Below are positions 23,835 through 34,604 of a stretch of 64,000 bases of DNA, piece by piece. The position numbers were made by a program, and so were the translations under genes. Under the pieces are notes generated by a model. It did not search any database and was not told the DNA's origin. It was given only the letters and a program-made list of their open reading frames with translations. Numbering within the stretch: position 1 is the first letter of the stretch; each line of letters begins with the position of its first letter. The stretch is from Microbotryum violaceum (lineage: Eukaryota): positions 372,001 to 436,000 of the forward strand of contig CDLV01000018.1 in NCBI GenBank assembly GCA_001244265.2, given 5' to 3'.

Positions 23835-24335
23835 ATGAAGTTCTCCATCCTTTCCGCCATCACCGCTTCGGCCCTCGTCTCCATGACGTTCGCTGCCCCT
23901 GCAATCAACGCCGAACAAGATTCTCACCTCATGTAAGACCTCTCTCCCCTTGGACGAGAGGCCTCTTGGCCTGATTGCTGACTTTTAAGTCGACGTCCGA
24001 CTTTGTGGCTTCCGCAGTGCTCGCGCCGGTGACGGTGACACCGCGTTGATCAAGGCTTGCATCGTCAACTGCGTTCTCAACGTCCTCGGATGTGCTCTTA
24101 GCATGTAAGTCACCCCACCTTCTCTTCCCCATTCGGCTTCTTTCAAAGGTCCGGAGGAGCCGACCATGAGCTGACGCTCCTCTCTTTCTCGCCCGCCCGC
24201 TCGCCCGCTCGCCCGCTCGCCCGCCCTTCAACCAGCCAACAAGGTGGCTCCTGCGCCTGCGCTTCAGGTTGCAACACCTCGCACGGCGGCAGTGGCCATG
24301 GCGGTCACGGCAAGGGCGACGGGTACAAGCTCTAA
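23835..24335 (+). CDS. Small secreted Cys-rich protein (94 aa, 6 Cys, Gly/His tail)
   Basis: Exons 23835-23932, 24018-24104 and 24236-24335 with GTAAG/CAG introns. Product: MKFSILSAITASALVSMTFAAPAINAEQDSHLIARAGDGDTALIKACIVNCVLNVLGCALSIQQGGSCACASGCNTSHGGSGHGGHGKGDGYKL. Confidence 0.85.
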
Positions 24336-25044
24336 GGTAGATTTATTTAGGTTCGGACCTCGTCTTTCGCAGCGAGGATGAAGGCCGAAAGGAAGACTTG
24401 ACATGCGCTTATTGCTCCCTTCTTCCTGGCTCCGACAGTTCCCAACGATACAAAGGTGTTCCCTCTTCTTCGACTCTACACACCGGACGACCCTAACTCA
24501 AGCAAGCCAAATCCTACTTGACATCCTACATGGTCATCCGTCTTTGTTCCCCATTTGTGTGTAGGTAATAGGAACTAGGAACACCCTCTTTTTTCGTTCG
24601 TTAGCTCCTTTCAGCCTCCAAATTTCAGGACACTTTCGTCGTTCTGCTTTGCTTCGTTCGGTCTTTGCTTCAGTTCGCTCGTCTTTCGAGACTCGCTCGT
24701 CTTCCGAGACTCGCTCGCTTTTTCAATCTTCGTCTGTGAAAAATAACACCCTGTTCCAATGTGGAACCTTTTGCCTTTTTTTTTATATTTTTTTTACGAG
24801 AGAGCTTTCGTTGCTTGAGAGACATGGGTATTCGACCCGAGGAAAAGTTCAAGTGAAGTTTGCAGAAATCGAATACAACGGGTAGAATAAAGGATGAGCA
24901 AAACTAAATCAATGCAATGACGAATGAAAAGAGAGCAAGAACCAAATTGACCGGAGAAACAAAGTAGCACAAGCTAAGGCGATATAGGACCCCGTCAAAT
25001 TGTCCATACTCAGATCCCTGGAGAAAAACGCCTTTCCTCGGAGC

Positions 25045-26727
25045 TCAAGATTCCTCAACCCAAAGTTCATCCCACACCCTCGGCCCCGCTTCGATCGCGA
25101 CTCCCCCTTCCCCCGCAACGGCATACAAGTTCGCCATCCTCTCCAACAACTCCTTCCTTTCTCTCAACACATCCCTCAGATGATCGACCGTCTTCCCCAA
25201 AACGACAGCTTCGGACTTGGGTCCGGCCCTTCCATCAATCTTCTCTCCCCCAATTTCGATCCCTCCGCTCAAAGGACCTGAACCCCCTTCCGTCTTTGAA
25301 GATGATGGCGTTTTCGAATCGTTGGTGGGTACAGCAGCGCCTTTCTTAACGGCCGAAAGTTTCTTGACCCTCTCGTCGAATTCCTCGATCGCGGCTCGAA
25401 GACTAGGTACGATCACGCAAAGCGTTTCGTAACCATGTCGAATCGCCGCACGTCTTTTCTGTTCCGAAGCGATGTGGTTCGCCTTCTTTTGTTCGGCCGT
25501 GAGAAGACCCGGTTTACCTCCGTTCGAAGCGGTCAATGAAGCAGAGGACGTCGAGGATGGAGGAACGGGAGGTGCTTTCAGTAATCGACGAGGTGTGAGT
25601 TTCGGATAGGGTACATTCGATGAGGGAAAAGGTATATTGGAAGGAGTCAATGCCGGACCGGGGTTGGGCGATTCTGAATCGGTTGAAGAGAGCGAGCCTA
25701 GGATCGTGGTTGAGGTTGAAGCACGAGGTCCATTCCTATGCGGTGAGGCGCAAAATTTGGTACTACTATTCACGCTCGTAGTGGGTGTTTTTCGTTTCGT
25801 CGGTCGAGATGCAGATGGAGGCTGTGCGATGACTTGCGAAGAGCTCGTCGATGCGACGGGTTGGTGCAACTTCTCGGCCAAGTGAACAGGCCGCATCGTC
25901 ATGGGTGAGGTCTGCAACATCATCTTGGTCGTAAAGCCGTTAACTGGCGCATTCGAGATGGGTAGAAGATCCAAAGGGATGGGTACGGTCGTCGCTGTAC
26001 TCGTTTCCATCAGCGTTGGAACCGGCATTCTCCCCGCCGTATACCTCTGCGTGAATTGGGCCTTCTCCTCTGCGGCCTTGAGGCGAGCGAGGTCGTCGTT
26101 CGACGAGGAGGAAGGCATATTTCGTTCGGTCGCGTTGGGCATGTCCATCAAAGGTGTCGAGGTCAGGATGACACGTCCTCGCTTGTTCGGACTTTGTTCC
26201 TGCCGAATCTCGCTCGAGGCTTGTCGCGTTCGGCGAGCTTCTGCTTCCACCGCGTAAAAATGGGATGAAGGCCCAGCTTGTGGTGCGTACTTTGCTGCGG
26301 ACGCAAAGTCGGGCATGGAGGATGCCGATGGTTTCGATGCGGTGAACTCTTTGACCGACGCGGCGGATCTAGACCTCATCCAATCGGCCAATTCTCTCGT
26401 CTGTTGCGCCATCCTAGCTAGTTTTTCCTGATCGAGCAGTTCGGCGGCATGACTCGGAAAACTAGGTGGGATCTGATCCGAGTAAGATTGGGATTGATTC
26501 TGCGATTCGGGTGGGTTCATTATCGTTTGGGGTGGGGGTGGGATGAGGGTTGGGTTGGGAAAGAGAAATTCCGAATTGGTGGCGAGGCGAGGTCGAGTCG
26601 TGAAGGTCGAATAAGCTTGAGGGAGATGGTGCGTCGAAGAAGTTGACGCATGGGGTAGGTCATGATCTACCGTATCGAGGAAAAAGCTGAACTCTTTCGA
26701 GTCTTCAGGGGAGAGGATTGCTGCCAT
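25045..26727 (-). CDS. bHLH(-ZIP) transcription factor, Ino4/Mlx-like basic region
   Basis: LLTAEQKKANHIASEQKRRAAIRHGYETLCVIVPSL...KSEAVVLGKTVDHLRDVLRERKEL. Single long ORF, first ATG at 26727. Confidence 0.85.
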   Translation of the reverse strand: MAAILSPEDSKEFSFFLDTVDHDLPHASTSSTHHLPQAYSTFTTRPRLATNSEFLFPNPTLIPPPPQTIMNPPESQNQSQSYSDQIPPSFPSHAAELLDQEKLARMAQQTRELADWMRSRSAASVKEFTASKPSASSMPDFASAAKYAPQAGPSSHFYAVEAEARRTRQASSEIRQEQSPNKRGRVILTSTPLMDMPNATERNMPSSSSNDDLARLKAAEEKAQFTQRYTAGRMPVPTLMETSTATTVPIPLDLLPISNAPVNGFTTKMMLQTSPMTMRPVHLAEKLHQPVASTSSSQVIAQPPSASRPTKRKTPTTSVNSSTKFCASPHRNGPRASTSTTILGSLSSTDSESPNPGPALTPSNIPFPSSNVPYPKLTPRRLLKAPPVPPSSTSSASLTASNGGKPGLLTAEQKKANHIASEQKRRAAIRHGYETLCVIVPSLRAAIEEFDERVKKLSAVKKGAAVPTNDSKTPSSSKTEGGSGPLSGGIEIGGEKIDGRAGPKSEAVVLGKTVDHLRDVLRERKELLERMANLYAVAGEGGVAIEAGPRVWDELWVEES

Positions 26728-27995
26728 TGTGTGTCTCTTCGAAGGAGGAGGGGCGCGCAATCACGAGAGGTTGTTCCTTTCCTACGGTCAGGCCAAGCTC
26801 AGGACGACGACGACGACGAGAAGATCGGCGTGCGGTGCATCCACCCGACTTTGCACCAGGGTCTTCTCTTGAGCTAAAGACGAGTACACGCCTCGAATGT
26901 CTGTCGATCTAATGTGCTTCCGTTCGGTGCCTCAGTTGCCGATTCGGGTTCTGGCGCAGACGCCGACCACGGTAGACGATCTCGACTGCTTGCGCGCGCC
27001 TGAAGTAGCGCTGTACCGCGGGCTGCGCTGTAGGAGATGGGCCAGATGGAGTCAGTACATGAGTGTGTAGAGTGGTGTGCGACTATGACGTGGAGCTTGC
27101 ATTGCAAGTGACTGCTGGTGGAGCTTGCTGGCCAATGAGGCAGCTGACCCAGACCACCCACCACCCACACCCGGTGCGCACGGCCAAGCCACAGCCCAGA
27201 CGCCAATCTCATCCCAAAAGTCAGGAACCAATAGTACTCACAATCAGCAAGGTCTTCTGTAGCTACTCCGTGAACGAAAGAGGGTGAAACCTCGTTGCAC
27301 GCGGGTCGGAGGCGTCGATCTCGAGCTGACCGACTGACCGGCTGAGTGGTTCAAGCTGAGTCCGAGTGGGAGAGTCAGTAAGCGCGGGAGTGATTGCGCC
27401 GAGCGCCGCCGGCTGGCAGACTGGAATGGAGCAGATTGGAGCGTGATACCAAGTCGCCGTTTGCTTATAAACGCGGCGCGCTTGCATGCTGTGTTCGGCC
27501 AACAATTCCAGAGCTGATTTTTTCGGACTTTGACAGGCAGATGCCATTAGTGCATAGGTCCGTGCACGTTTCGACACTAACCAGAAATGGAAGTCGACAG
27601 GCGAATAACAGGCTGTGCAACGTCCTCCAAGTTTTCAAGTTCTCGGCCAGCCTCGACCGAGTGACTGACCCGTTCAACAAGCGTGTCATCGGAAGCCGTC
27701 AAGGTACTAGTATTGCAGTTATCAGCGGGGAAAAATTGCTCCGATCATTGCATGGCAGGCGTATTTTTTGGTGGGAATTTCAGCCTACACTACTGCACAA
27801 GAGTGCAATTGTAGGTCGAAAATGTAGTCGAGCCTAGAGAGCGGGAGGAGGCCGAGCCCCGCCGACGTCAGCCAGGTCACGAGGTCCGAGCGTTGGGCGC
27901 CCAAGAAGCACCGAGGTCACTCACTCGGGCGTGCGCCTCGTCCTGCCTCACCGACCTTCCCCAACCTCGACGCGTGCAATTTTGACGAGCACAAG

Positions 27996-29870
27996 ATGGA
28001 CTCGAGTCTGTTGGCGTCAATCCAAAAGGGCAAAGGCTTGAAAAAGGTCACGACCGTTGACAAGTCCGGGCCAGCAGTCGCAGGTCAGTTTCAGGCGAGC
28101 GTGCCACTTGGCCGCATCGTGGGCGTGCTATGGAATGTGCTGGCTGGCCACTTTGAGCTGACATGTTTGGATCTTTTCTATCTATTCCATACGATGTCTC
28201 CTCATGATGTGCGCTGATGGGTGGCCAATTCACTCGGCGTCACACCCACCCACCACCGCGCTCGCTCCTCATGTACGGGCCCACACCCGAATCACTGCGA
28301 CAGGTCGACCACTCGATGGACCCACTCCAGCAGGACGACCAGGACCCCCCGCCAGACCAGCCGCAGCTGCCGCACCTCCAGCCTCGAACGACGATGACGA
28401 GCGGCCGCGTCAACTGGCCGGTCTCTTTGCCGGTGGGATGCCCACCTTGAAGAGTCGAGGTGGGACCATACCGACGGGCAAAACACCCGCACCAGCTGCT
28501 CCAGCTGCTCCTACTCGTTCACTTGCTGCTGCTGCTCGTCCTCCGCCACCGAGGCCAACTGCCGGCGCTCCCGCCGCGCCCCCACCACCACCGGGGAGAC
28601 CGCCCGTTGCACCGCCTCGTCCGCCGCCGCCTCCTCCTTCGGCCGCCGGAGGTGCAGCAGCGAGACCGCCTCCACCTATCCCTTCCCGAACTCCTGCTAC
28701 ACCTCCCCGACCGCCTCCAGCTCCACCTCGTGCAGCCGCAGCGCCACCTCCATCACTGCCAGCTCGACAGGTCCCAGCGCCGCCTTCGCTGCCTAAACGA
28801 TCTATGCCCTCGGCTCCTGCTGCTCCCCCTCGGCCACCCCCACAGGCTCCACCGAGTCAGCCTCAGCTACCACCTCGAGGCGTGCCTCCACCACCGCCGA
28901 GACCGACCTCATCTGTGGCGGCACCCCCACTCCCACCACCCGCTCCACCTGCTCCGCCTGCCCCTCAAGAACTTCCCCCAGCGAGGGCCGTCCCGAGGCT
29001 GCCCTTACGAGCCCCTGTCGACGCTCTTCCTCCAGCTCGAGGCATACCCCCTCCCCCTTCTCGTCCACCACCCGCGAACGACAGCGACGACGAAGAAGCA
29101 CAACAATACAACCAAGCGGCATCTCGACCCGCATGGGTCAAATCCAAACCACCCACAGCGAACGGAGGATCCCCTGCTCGAGTGCCTCCACCACCCCCCG
29201 CTTCCAGACCCGGTGGCTCAGGTCGCGTTCCACCTCCACCACCTCCCTCGAGAGGTCCCGCCACTGCGCCATCTCGTGTCCCTCCTCCCGTCGTCGAAGC
29301 TCCCGCACCACCCTCACGGCCCATCCCTGTTCCGATCGTGGCCACTCCCTCCCTCCCTCCGACGCGTGTTGCCCCACCCCCTTCTCGAGCTCCACCCCCA
29401 CCCACCTCGGCCTTCTCAAGCATGACTATTCAAGATGACCAAGACGAAGAAGACCAGGGAGCCTATTCGAACTACTCTAACGGAGGCTACGCCCCTCCAC
29501 CACCTTCGGCTCCGGCTCCACCCCCACCTCGTCAGATGGCCCCCTCCGCAGCAGCACCGATGTTGGCAACCCCGATGAAAAGTGCTCCCGCTGCTCCTGT
29601 AACATCTCAAGTTCATCAAACGCCTGCTCGGAGTGAGTCTGCTCCCACACCTGAGGTATCCCATGAAATGCGCGGGCAAACTAACTCCGAACGCTCAACC
29701 CTTATCTCGCAGTCCCCTCTCCACCCCTCATACTCGCCCTCCCATCAGCACCAACACGCAATTTCGCCCCTTCGAGTCAATTCCCCCCTCCTAGACCTTT
29801 CGATGCGGGAGCGATGAGGGGCTCGGGGAGAAAGTTGGGTTCGTGGGATTATCGGTCGCAAATGGTGTGA
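27996..29870 (+). CDS. VRP1: Verprolin / WASP-interacting protein
   Basis: N-terminal WH2 domain (LLASIQKGKGLKKVTTVDKS), LAGLFAGGMPTLKS motif and polyproline body. Introns at about 28084-28303 and 29633-29712; the latter gives a C-terminal NFAPSSQFPPPRPF motif with a stop at 29870. Confidence 0.88.
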
Positions 29871-30820
29871 GGGGGAGGAGGCGTGAGGGTTGGGGCGGGG
29901 TGTATTTGGGAGTGGATGGAGGTGTTTAGTGCGTTGGCGTTTTTATTAGTGGCTTAGTGGAAAACATAACATTTCGTTGTGTTCATGCAAGCGCTCGCTC
30001 GACCGGGGGAGAGGAAATCTTTGATGATGTCGAGCAACGACCCGCACTGCCTGTAGATGCCCGAGGCGGAAATTGCGCTGCAACAGGAACCATCTCGAGC
30101 TCCTGAACGAGGTTCTAAAAAGATCGGATGTACTAGGTCAGTGGATTCCTCTGCTTAACGGACGGACACGGAACCCCTGAAACACTCTGATCAACAAAGT
30201 CGCTTAAAGGAGTTGGTTGACCCGTTTTGAAGGACAGTGATCGTCGAAGCGGATGATCTTCCTGGCTCGGACTGAGCAAAAAAGTACGCCCGACCGCTTC
30301 GAACGCACAGTTCAAACACAAGCCAACGGTTTTATTACCAAGTCGTGCTCAGGATCCCACTGCGCTGCAAGACGAGGGTGAAGTCTATCCACAACAAGTC
30401 TTCTTGACGGCCGGGAGGATGGACCCACCGCTCGTGTAGAAGAATAAAAATGTCAACAGCAGTCAAAGCCATCTTGAATGATAATAAAAATCAGGATGAA
30501 CGTACGTTAAAGTTATGGATTTCGACGCCCGAAACACGCTTTTCGTTCCTGTCTTGTCAGTCAGCAACAGGAACGAGTGGCGTCACCGCGGGTGAAACTT
30601 TCTCGATCCCTGACTGCGACTACTCGCGCACGGTGAAGCCTAACAAATGACGACAGGACTGCTTAGTGGGTCCCGGTCTTTTGGCTTCCATCTCCGCGGA
30701 TGATGATCGATGTGGAAAAAGCTAAAAAACTGGAATAAAAAAGAGAGTAAAAATAAGTGCCTTTCCTAACAGAAAAAAAATAAAAAATCAGCGAATAAAA
30801 AAGAAAGAGAAGGAGTGGTC

Positions 30821-30903
30821 ACAAGTATGTCGTAATTGGTAGCCGAACAGTTCTTAGGAAACTGTGGTTTATAACCGTGTGGGTTCAAGTCCCACTACTT
30901 GTA
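30821..30903 (+). tRNA. trnL: tRNA-Leu(TAG), intronless, mitochondrial-like
   Basis: Acceptor stem ACAAGTA/TACTTGT; anticodon arm CAGTT-CTTAGGA-AACTG (TAG at 30855-57); variable arm GGTT-TAT-AACC; T arm GTGGG-TTCAAGT-CCCAC; discriminator A. Confidence 0.88.
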
Positions 30904-31142
30904 TTTATTTAGCCCTCTTGATTTATTCCTTTTATTTCCTTTTTTTTCTTTTAATTAGTCGGCTCTAAAATAAATCGAAGAGCGAGAGGCGATAAGAAGA
31001 AAGTAAAGGCCGTGAAACCAAACTTGTGGACGGAGCCGAACGTGAGGAACGCTAGGCACACCCCCGGAATTGACCACACGACATAGGAGACGATAGATCG
31101 GCGATGCTCGCCGGTAAAGGACGCGCTCAGTCCGACCTCACA

Positions 31143-31628
31143 TTTTGGTGCAACGTCATCTCTGTCGACCCTGACAAACTCGACAGGTGCCTATGTGGCA
31201 AGCATTACAGTGATGTATGGAAAGAAATGGAGGATTGCATTCAGACCCGTAAGCTTGGTTTCGAAACGGTTTGGTGAAGCGCGACCCCTGTCTACTGGTG
31301 ACTTACACTAAGAGCCCCCTGTCTCTCGCAGACCCACGGCATAAGGGTGAAGACGTCGATTGGTGGCATGACTTTAAATGCGCGACTTGTCGCAATACTA
31401 ACTACGGGAAGAACAATGTGGTCCGAGATAGTAAGTGTCTTGCCTTCATCCTTTGACTAAGTTGGACCCCGAAGCCACTGAGCTGGCACACAGTACAGCG
31501 CCCCGGCAGAGTTACGGACGCACTGGCTTCAGAAGCTCATTGGCTGACATTCACTTTTCTCAATTCTAGAGGTGTGTTCACAAAAAAAAAAGCCCTCCAA
31601 AGCTCGCGAAAGAACGAAAATGCCCTAG
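31143..31628 (+). pseudogene. 5'-deleted copy (exons 2-4 only) of the secreted 8-Cys protein gene
   Basis: Exons 31143-31248, 31332-31430 and 31570-31628 match the intact copy. The signal-peptide exon is absent, and a diverged upstream-region homolog (31085-31143) abuts exon 2. Confidence 0.8.
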
Positions 31629-32339
31629 GTACTTTTCATAGAGACGAACATGCCCTCGTGATCTCAGCTGCTGTGATGTATCACTTCCAAAGTTTGGTGA
31701 TATAACGGCTCGGATGATCCGGTGATCTCTCTCGCTAAAACAAGGGGCGTTGGTACTACCACGTGCTATCCATGCGGTGCAATGTACCAATGTACCAACT
31801 CATTACCGAGAGATCCCCATCACTCCCCCCCCCCCCCCCCGGCTATCACGGTGACTAGCGTGCAATCCAGTTCGCGACGATGACTTGGCAGCTCGGTGAC
31901 TTCAAGAGGTTCTAAGTTTTATGGCATATATTCCAGCTACTGGTTGAGGTGCGCCTGTGGGACACTGAAACCTCACCTCCTTAGAAATTGTCGCACATCC
32001 TTGCCCTGCTCCGAGACCTGACGAACCGACGGACGAAAGATCGCCGACGATCGACGGTAACGGACGCGTTTAGTCGGACCTCACATGATCTCTTCAAGAT
32101 AGCTGCAACCGGCACCGCGTCGTACGTTAGCAGCTGAGACGGACGGAGAGGCACCCAATTGGAGACAAGCTCGGCCATCATTTTTACAGAATCGTGGGAT
32201 CATTGGGTCCGGCTCTCTTCTCTCTTTCTCTCTATCTCTTCCCATATCCCTCAGACCCCACATCTCCTAACCTCCTCGCACGTTTATCAATCTACGGCAT
32301 CGCCCACATTGTGTCAAGCTTCATCACCTACTGCACATC

Positions 32340-33056
32340 ATGTTCCGTTATCCGTGGCTCGCTGCATCGCTCGCCTTGGTGGTCTTCATCTTCTCAATTG
32401 AGGTCGCTGCCACTTTCGACCCTTATGGGCCAGTCATAAGGGATTGCGCGCTTACTGTGCAAATGAAAGAGGAACAGAAGGGGTAAGTCTTCCCAAAGCA
32501 TAACGGCGCAATTCGCTACCAGCACTATCACTGATCAGGTTAAAACCGTCTTGGCGCCCGCACAAGGAATTTTTGGTGCAACGTCATCTCTGTCGACCCT
32601 GACAAACTCGACAGGTGCCTATGTGGCAAGCATTACAGTGATGTATGGAAAGAAATAGAGGATTGCATTCAGACCCGTAAGCTTGGTTTCGAAACGGTTT
32701 GGTGAAGCGCGACCCCTGTCTACTGGTGACTTACACTAAGGGCCCCCTGTCTCTCGCAGACCCACATGGTGAGGGTGGGGAGGTCGATTGGTGGAATGAC
32801 TTTAAATGCGCGACTTGTCGCAATACTCACCACGGGAAGAACGATGTGGTCCGAGATAGTAAGTGTCTTGCCTTCATCCTTTGACGAAGTTGGACCCCGA
32901 AGCCACTGAGCTGGCACACAGTACAGCGCCCCGGCAGAGTTACGGACGCACTGGCTTCAGAAGCTCATTGGCTGACATTCACTTTTCTCAATTCTAGAGG
33001 TGTGTTCACAAAAAAAAAAGCCCTCCAAAGCTCGCGAAAGAACGAAAATGCCCTAG
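32340..33056 (+). CDS. Small secreted Cys-rich effector-like protein (136 aa, 8 Cys), 4 exons
   Basis: Exons 32340-32482, 32567-32676, 32760-32858 and 32998-33056, all GT-AG. Product: MFRYPWLAASLALVVFIFSIEVAATFDPYGPVIRDCALTVQMKEEQKGNFWCNVISVDPDKLDRCLCGKHYSDVWKEIEDCIQTHPHGEGGEVDWWNDFKCATCRNTHHGKNDVVRDKVCSQKKKPSKARERTKMP. Confidence 0.85.
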
Positions 33057-33784
33057 GTACTTTTCATAGAGACGAACATGCCCTCGTGATCTCAGCTGCT
33101 GTGATGTATCACTTCCAAAGTTTGGTGATATAACGGCTCGGATGATCCGGTGATCTCTCTCGCTAAAACAAGGGGCGTTGGTACTACCACGTGCTATCCA
33201 TGCGGTGCAATGTACCAATGTACCAACTCATTACCGAGAGATCCCCATCACTCCCCCCCCCCCCCCCGGCTATCACGGTGACTAGCGTGCAATCCAGTTC
33301 GCGACGATGACTTGGCAGCTCGGTGACTTCAAGAGGTTCTAAGTTTTATGGCATATATTCCAGCTACTGGTTGAGGTGCGCCTGTGGGACACTGAAACCT
33401 CACCTCCTTAGAAATGGTCGCACATCCTTGCCCTGCTCCGAGACCTGACGAACCGACGGACGAAAGATCGCCGACGATCGACGGTAACGGACGCGTTTAG
33501 TCGGACCTCACATGATCTCTTCAAGATAGCTGCAACCGGCACCGCGTCGTACGTTAGCAGCTGAGACGGACGGAGAGGCACCCAATTGGAGACAAGCTCG
33601 GCCATCATTTTTACAGAATCGTGGGATCATTGGGTCCGGCTCTCTTCTCTCTTTCTCTTCTTTCTCTTCTTTCTCTCTATCTCTTCTTACATCCCTCAGA
33701 CCCCACATCTCCTAACCTCCTCGCACGTTTATCAATCTACGGCATCGCCCACATTGTGTCAAGCTTCATCACCTACTGCACATC

Positions 33785-34604
33785 GTGTTCCGTTATCTGT
33801 GGCTCGCTGCATCGCTCGCCTTGGTGGTCTTCATCTTCTCAATGGAGGTCACTGTCGCAAAGCCTGTCAAAAGCCTGTCGCAAAGCCTGTCGCAAAGCCT
33901 GTCGACATTTTTGGGCCAGTCATAAGGGAGTGCGCGCTTAAAACAGAACAAGATGGGGAATATATGCGGTAAGTCTCCCGAAGTATAACGGCGCGATTCG
34001 CTACCAGCGCTGTCACTGATCACACAAAACCCTCTTGACGCCCGCACACCGCTGACCCTCACTAAAGATATCATGGATGCAATCTCCTCGCTTCTAAGCC
34101 TGAAACAATCAACCGTTGTCTTTGCTCCTCGTCTAAAGATGTTCTACGGCTATTAATGGACGATTGCGTGTGCCAGGGTAAATTTTACTTTGAAAGTGTT
34201 GGGTGAAATGTGACTCCTGTATGGTGACTCACCCCTCGGGCCGTCCATGTATCACAGATCATCGCTCTACCGCTGAGACCATCATCAAATGGTATTTTTT
34301 CATGTGCTCGAGGTGTAACACTACTCTCTACAACAATTCCCCTGTATACGTCGCGAGTGAGTGAACTTGCCTACATCCTTTACCTAAGTTGGACCCCGAG
34401 GACAAGGCTGGACTGGCACCGAACGCAGCGCCGTGGCAGAGTCACGGACGCACTGGCTTTACGAACTCCTTGGCTGACCAATTGTTCTCTTGTCTTTTTC
34501 TAGCCGAATGTTCACACTTTAAGCCACCCCCCCTCAGCGGATCTAGAACACCAACCCACCTCAAGAGATCTGAACCACCAAGGTTGGCGTATGAGTTGAA
34601 CTGA
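33785..34604 (+). pseudogene. Diverged third paralog of the 8-Cys secreted protein, apparently inactivated
   Basis: Exons 33785-33968, 34068-34177, 34258-34356 and 34504-34604. Exons 2 and 3 have the same lengths (110 and 99 nt) and Cys pattern (GCN..RCLC..DC; CSRC; EC) as the intact copy. The ATG is GTG, and an 11-nt unit within a 12-nt repeat expansion frameshifts exon 1. Confidence 0.8.

Larger units (their letters stand above)
31143..33850. repeat. Near-identical tandem duplication, period about 1428 nt
   Basis: TTTTGGTGCAACGTCATCTCTGTCGACC starts at both 31143 and 32571. The copies stay almost identical to about 32400/33850 and recognisably similar to about 34046. Confidence 0.95.

Noticed and set aside
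11410-26727. Two bZIPs and a bHLH close together as a functional regulator cluster
   Set aside because: The sequences are unrelated and interspersed with housekeeping genes; nothing suggests more than chance linkage.
29633-29817. C-terminus of ORF 28204..29817 as the verprolin end
   Set aside because: A GTGAGT donor at 29633 and an acceptor at 29712 put the conserved FPPPRPF motif in another frame ending at 29870; no programmed frameshift is needed.
31143-34046. 1.4-kb direct repeats as LTRs or a CRISPR-like array
   Set aside because: The copies are directly adjacent with no gag/pol, TG..CA ends or repeat-spacer pattern; they are explained by tandem gene duplication.
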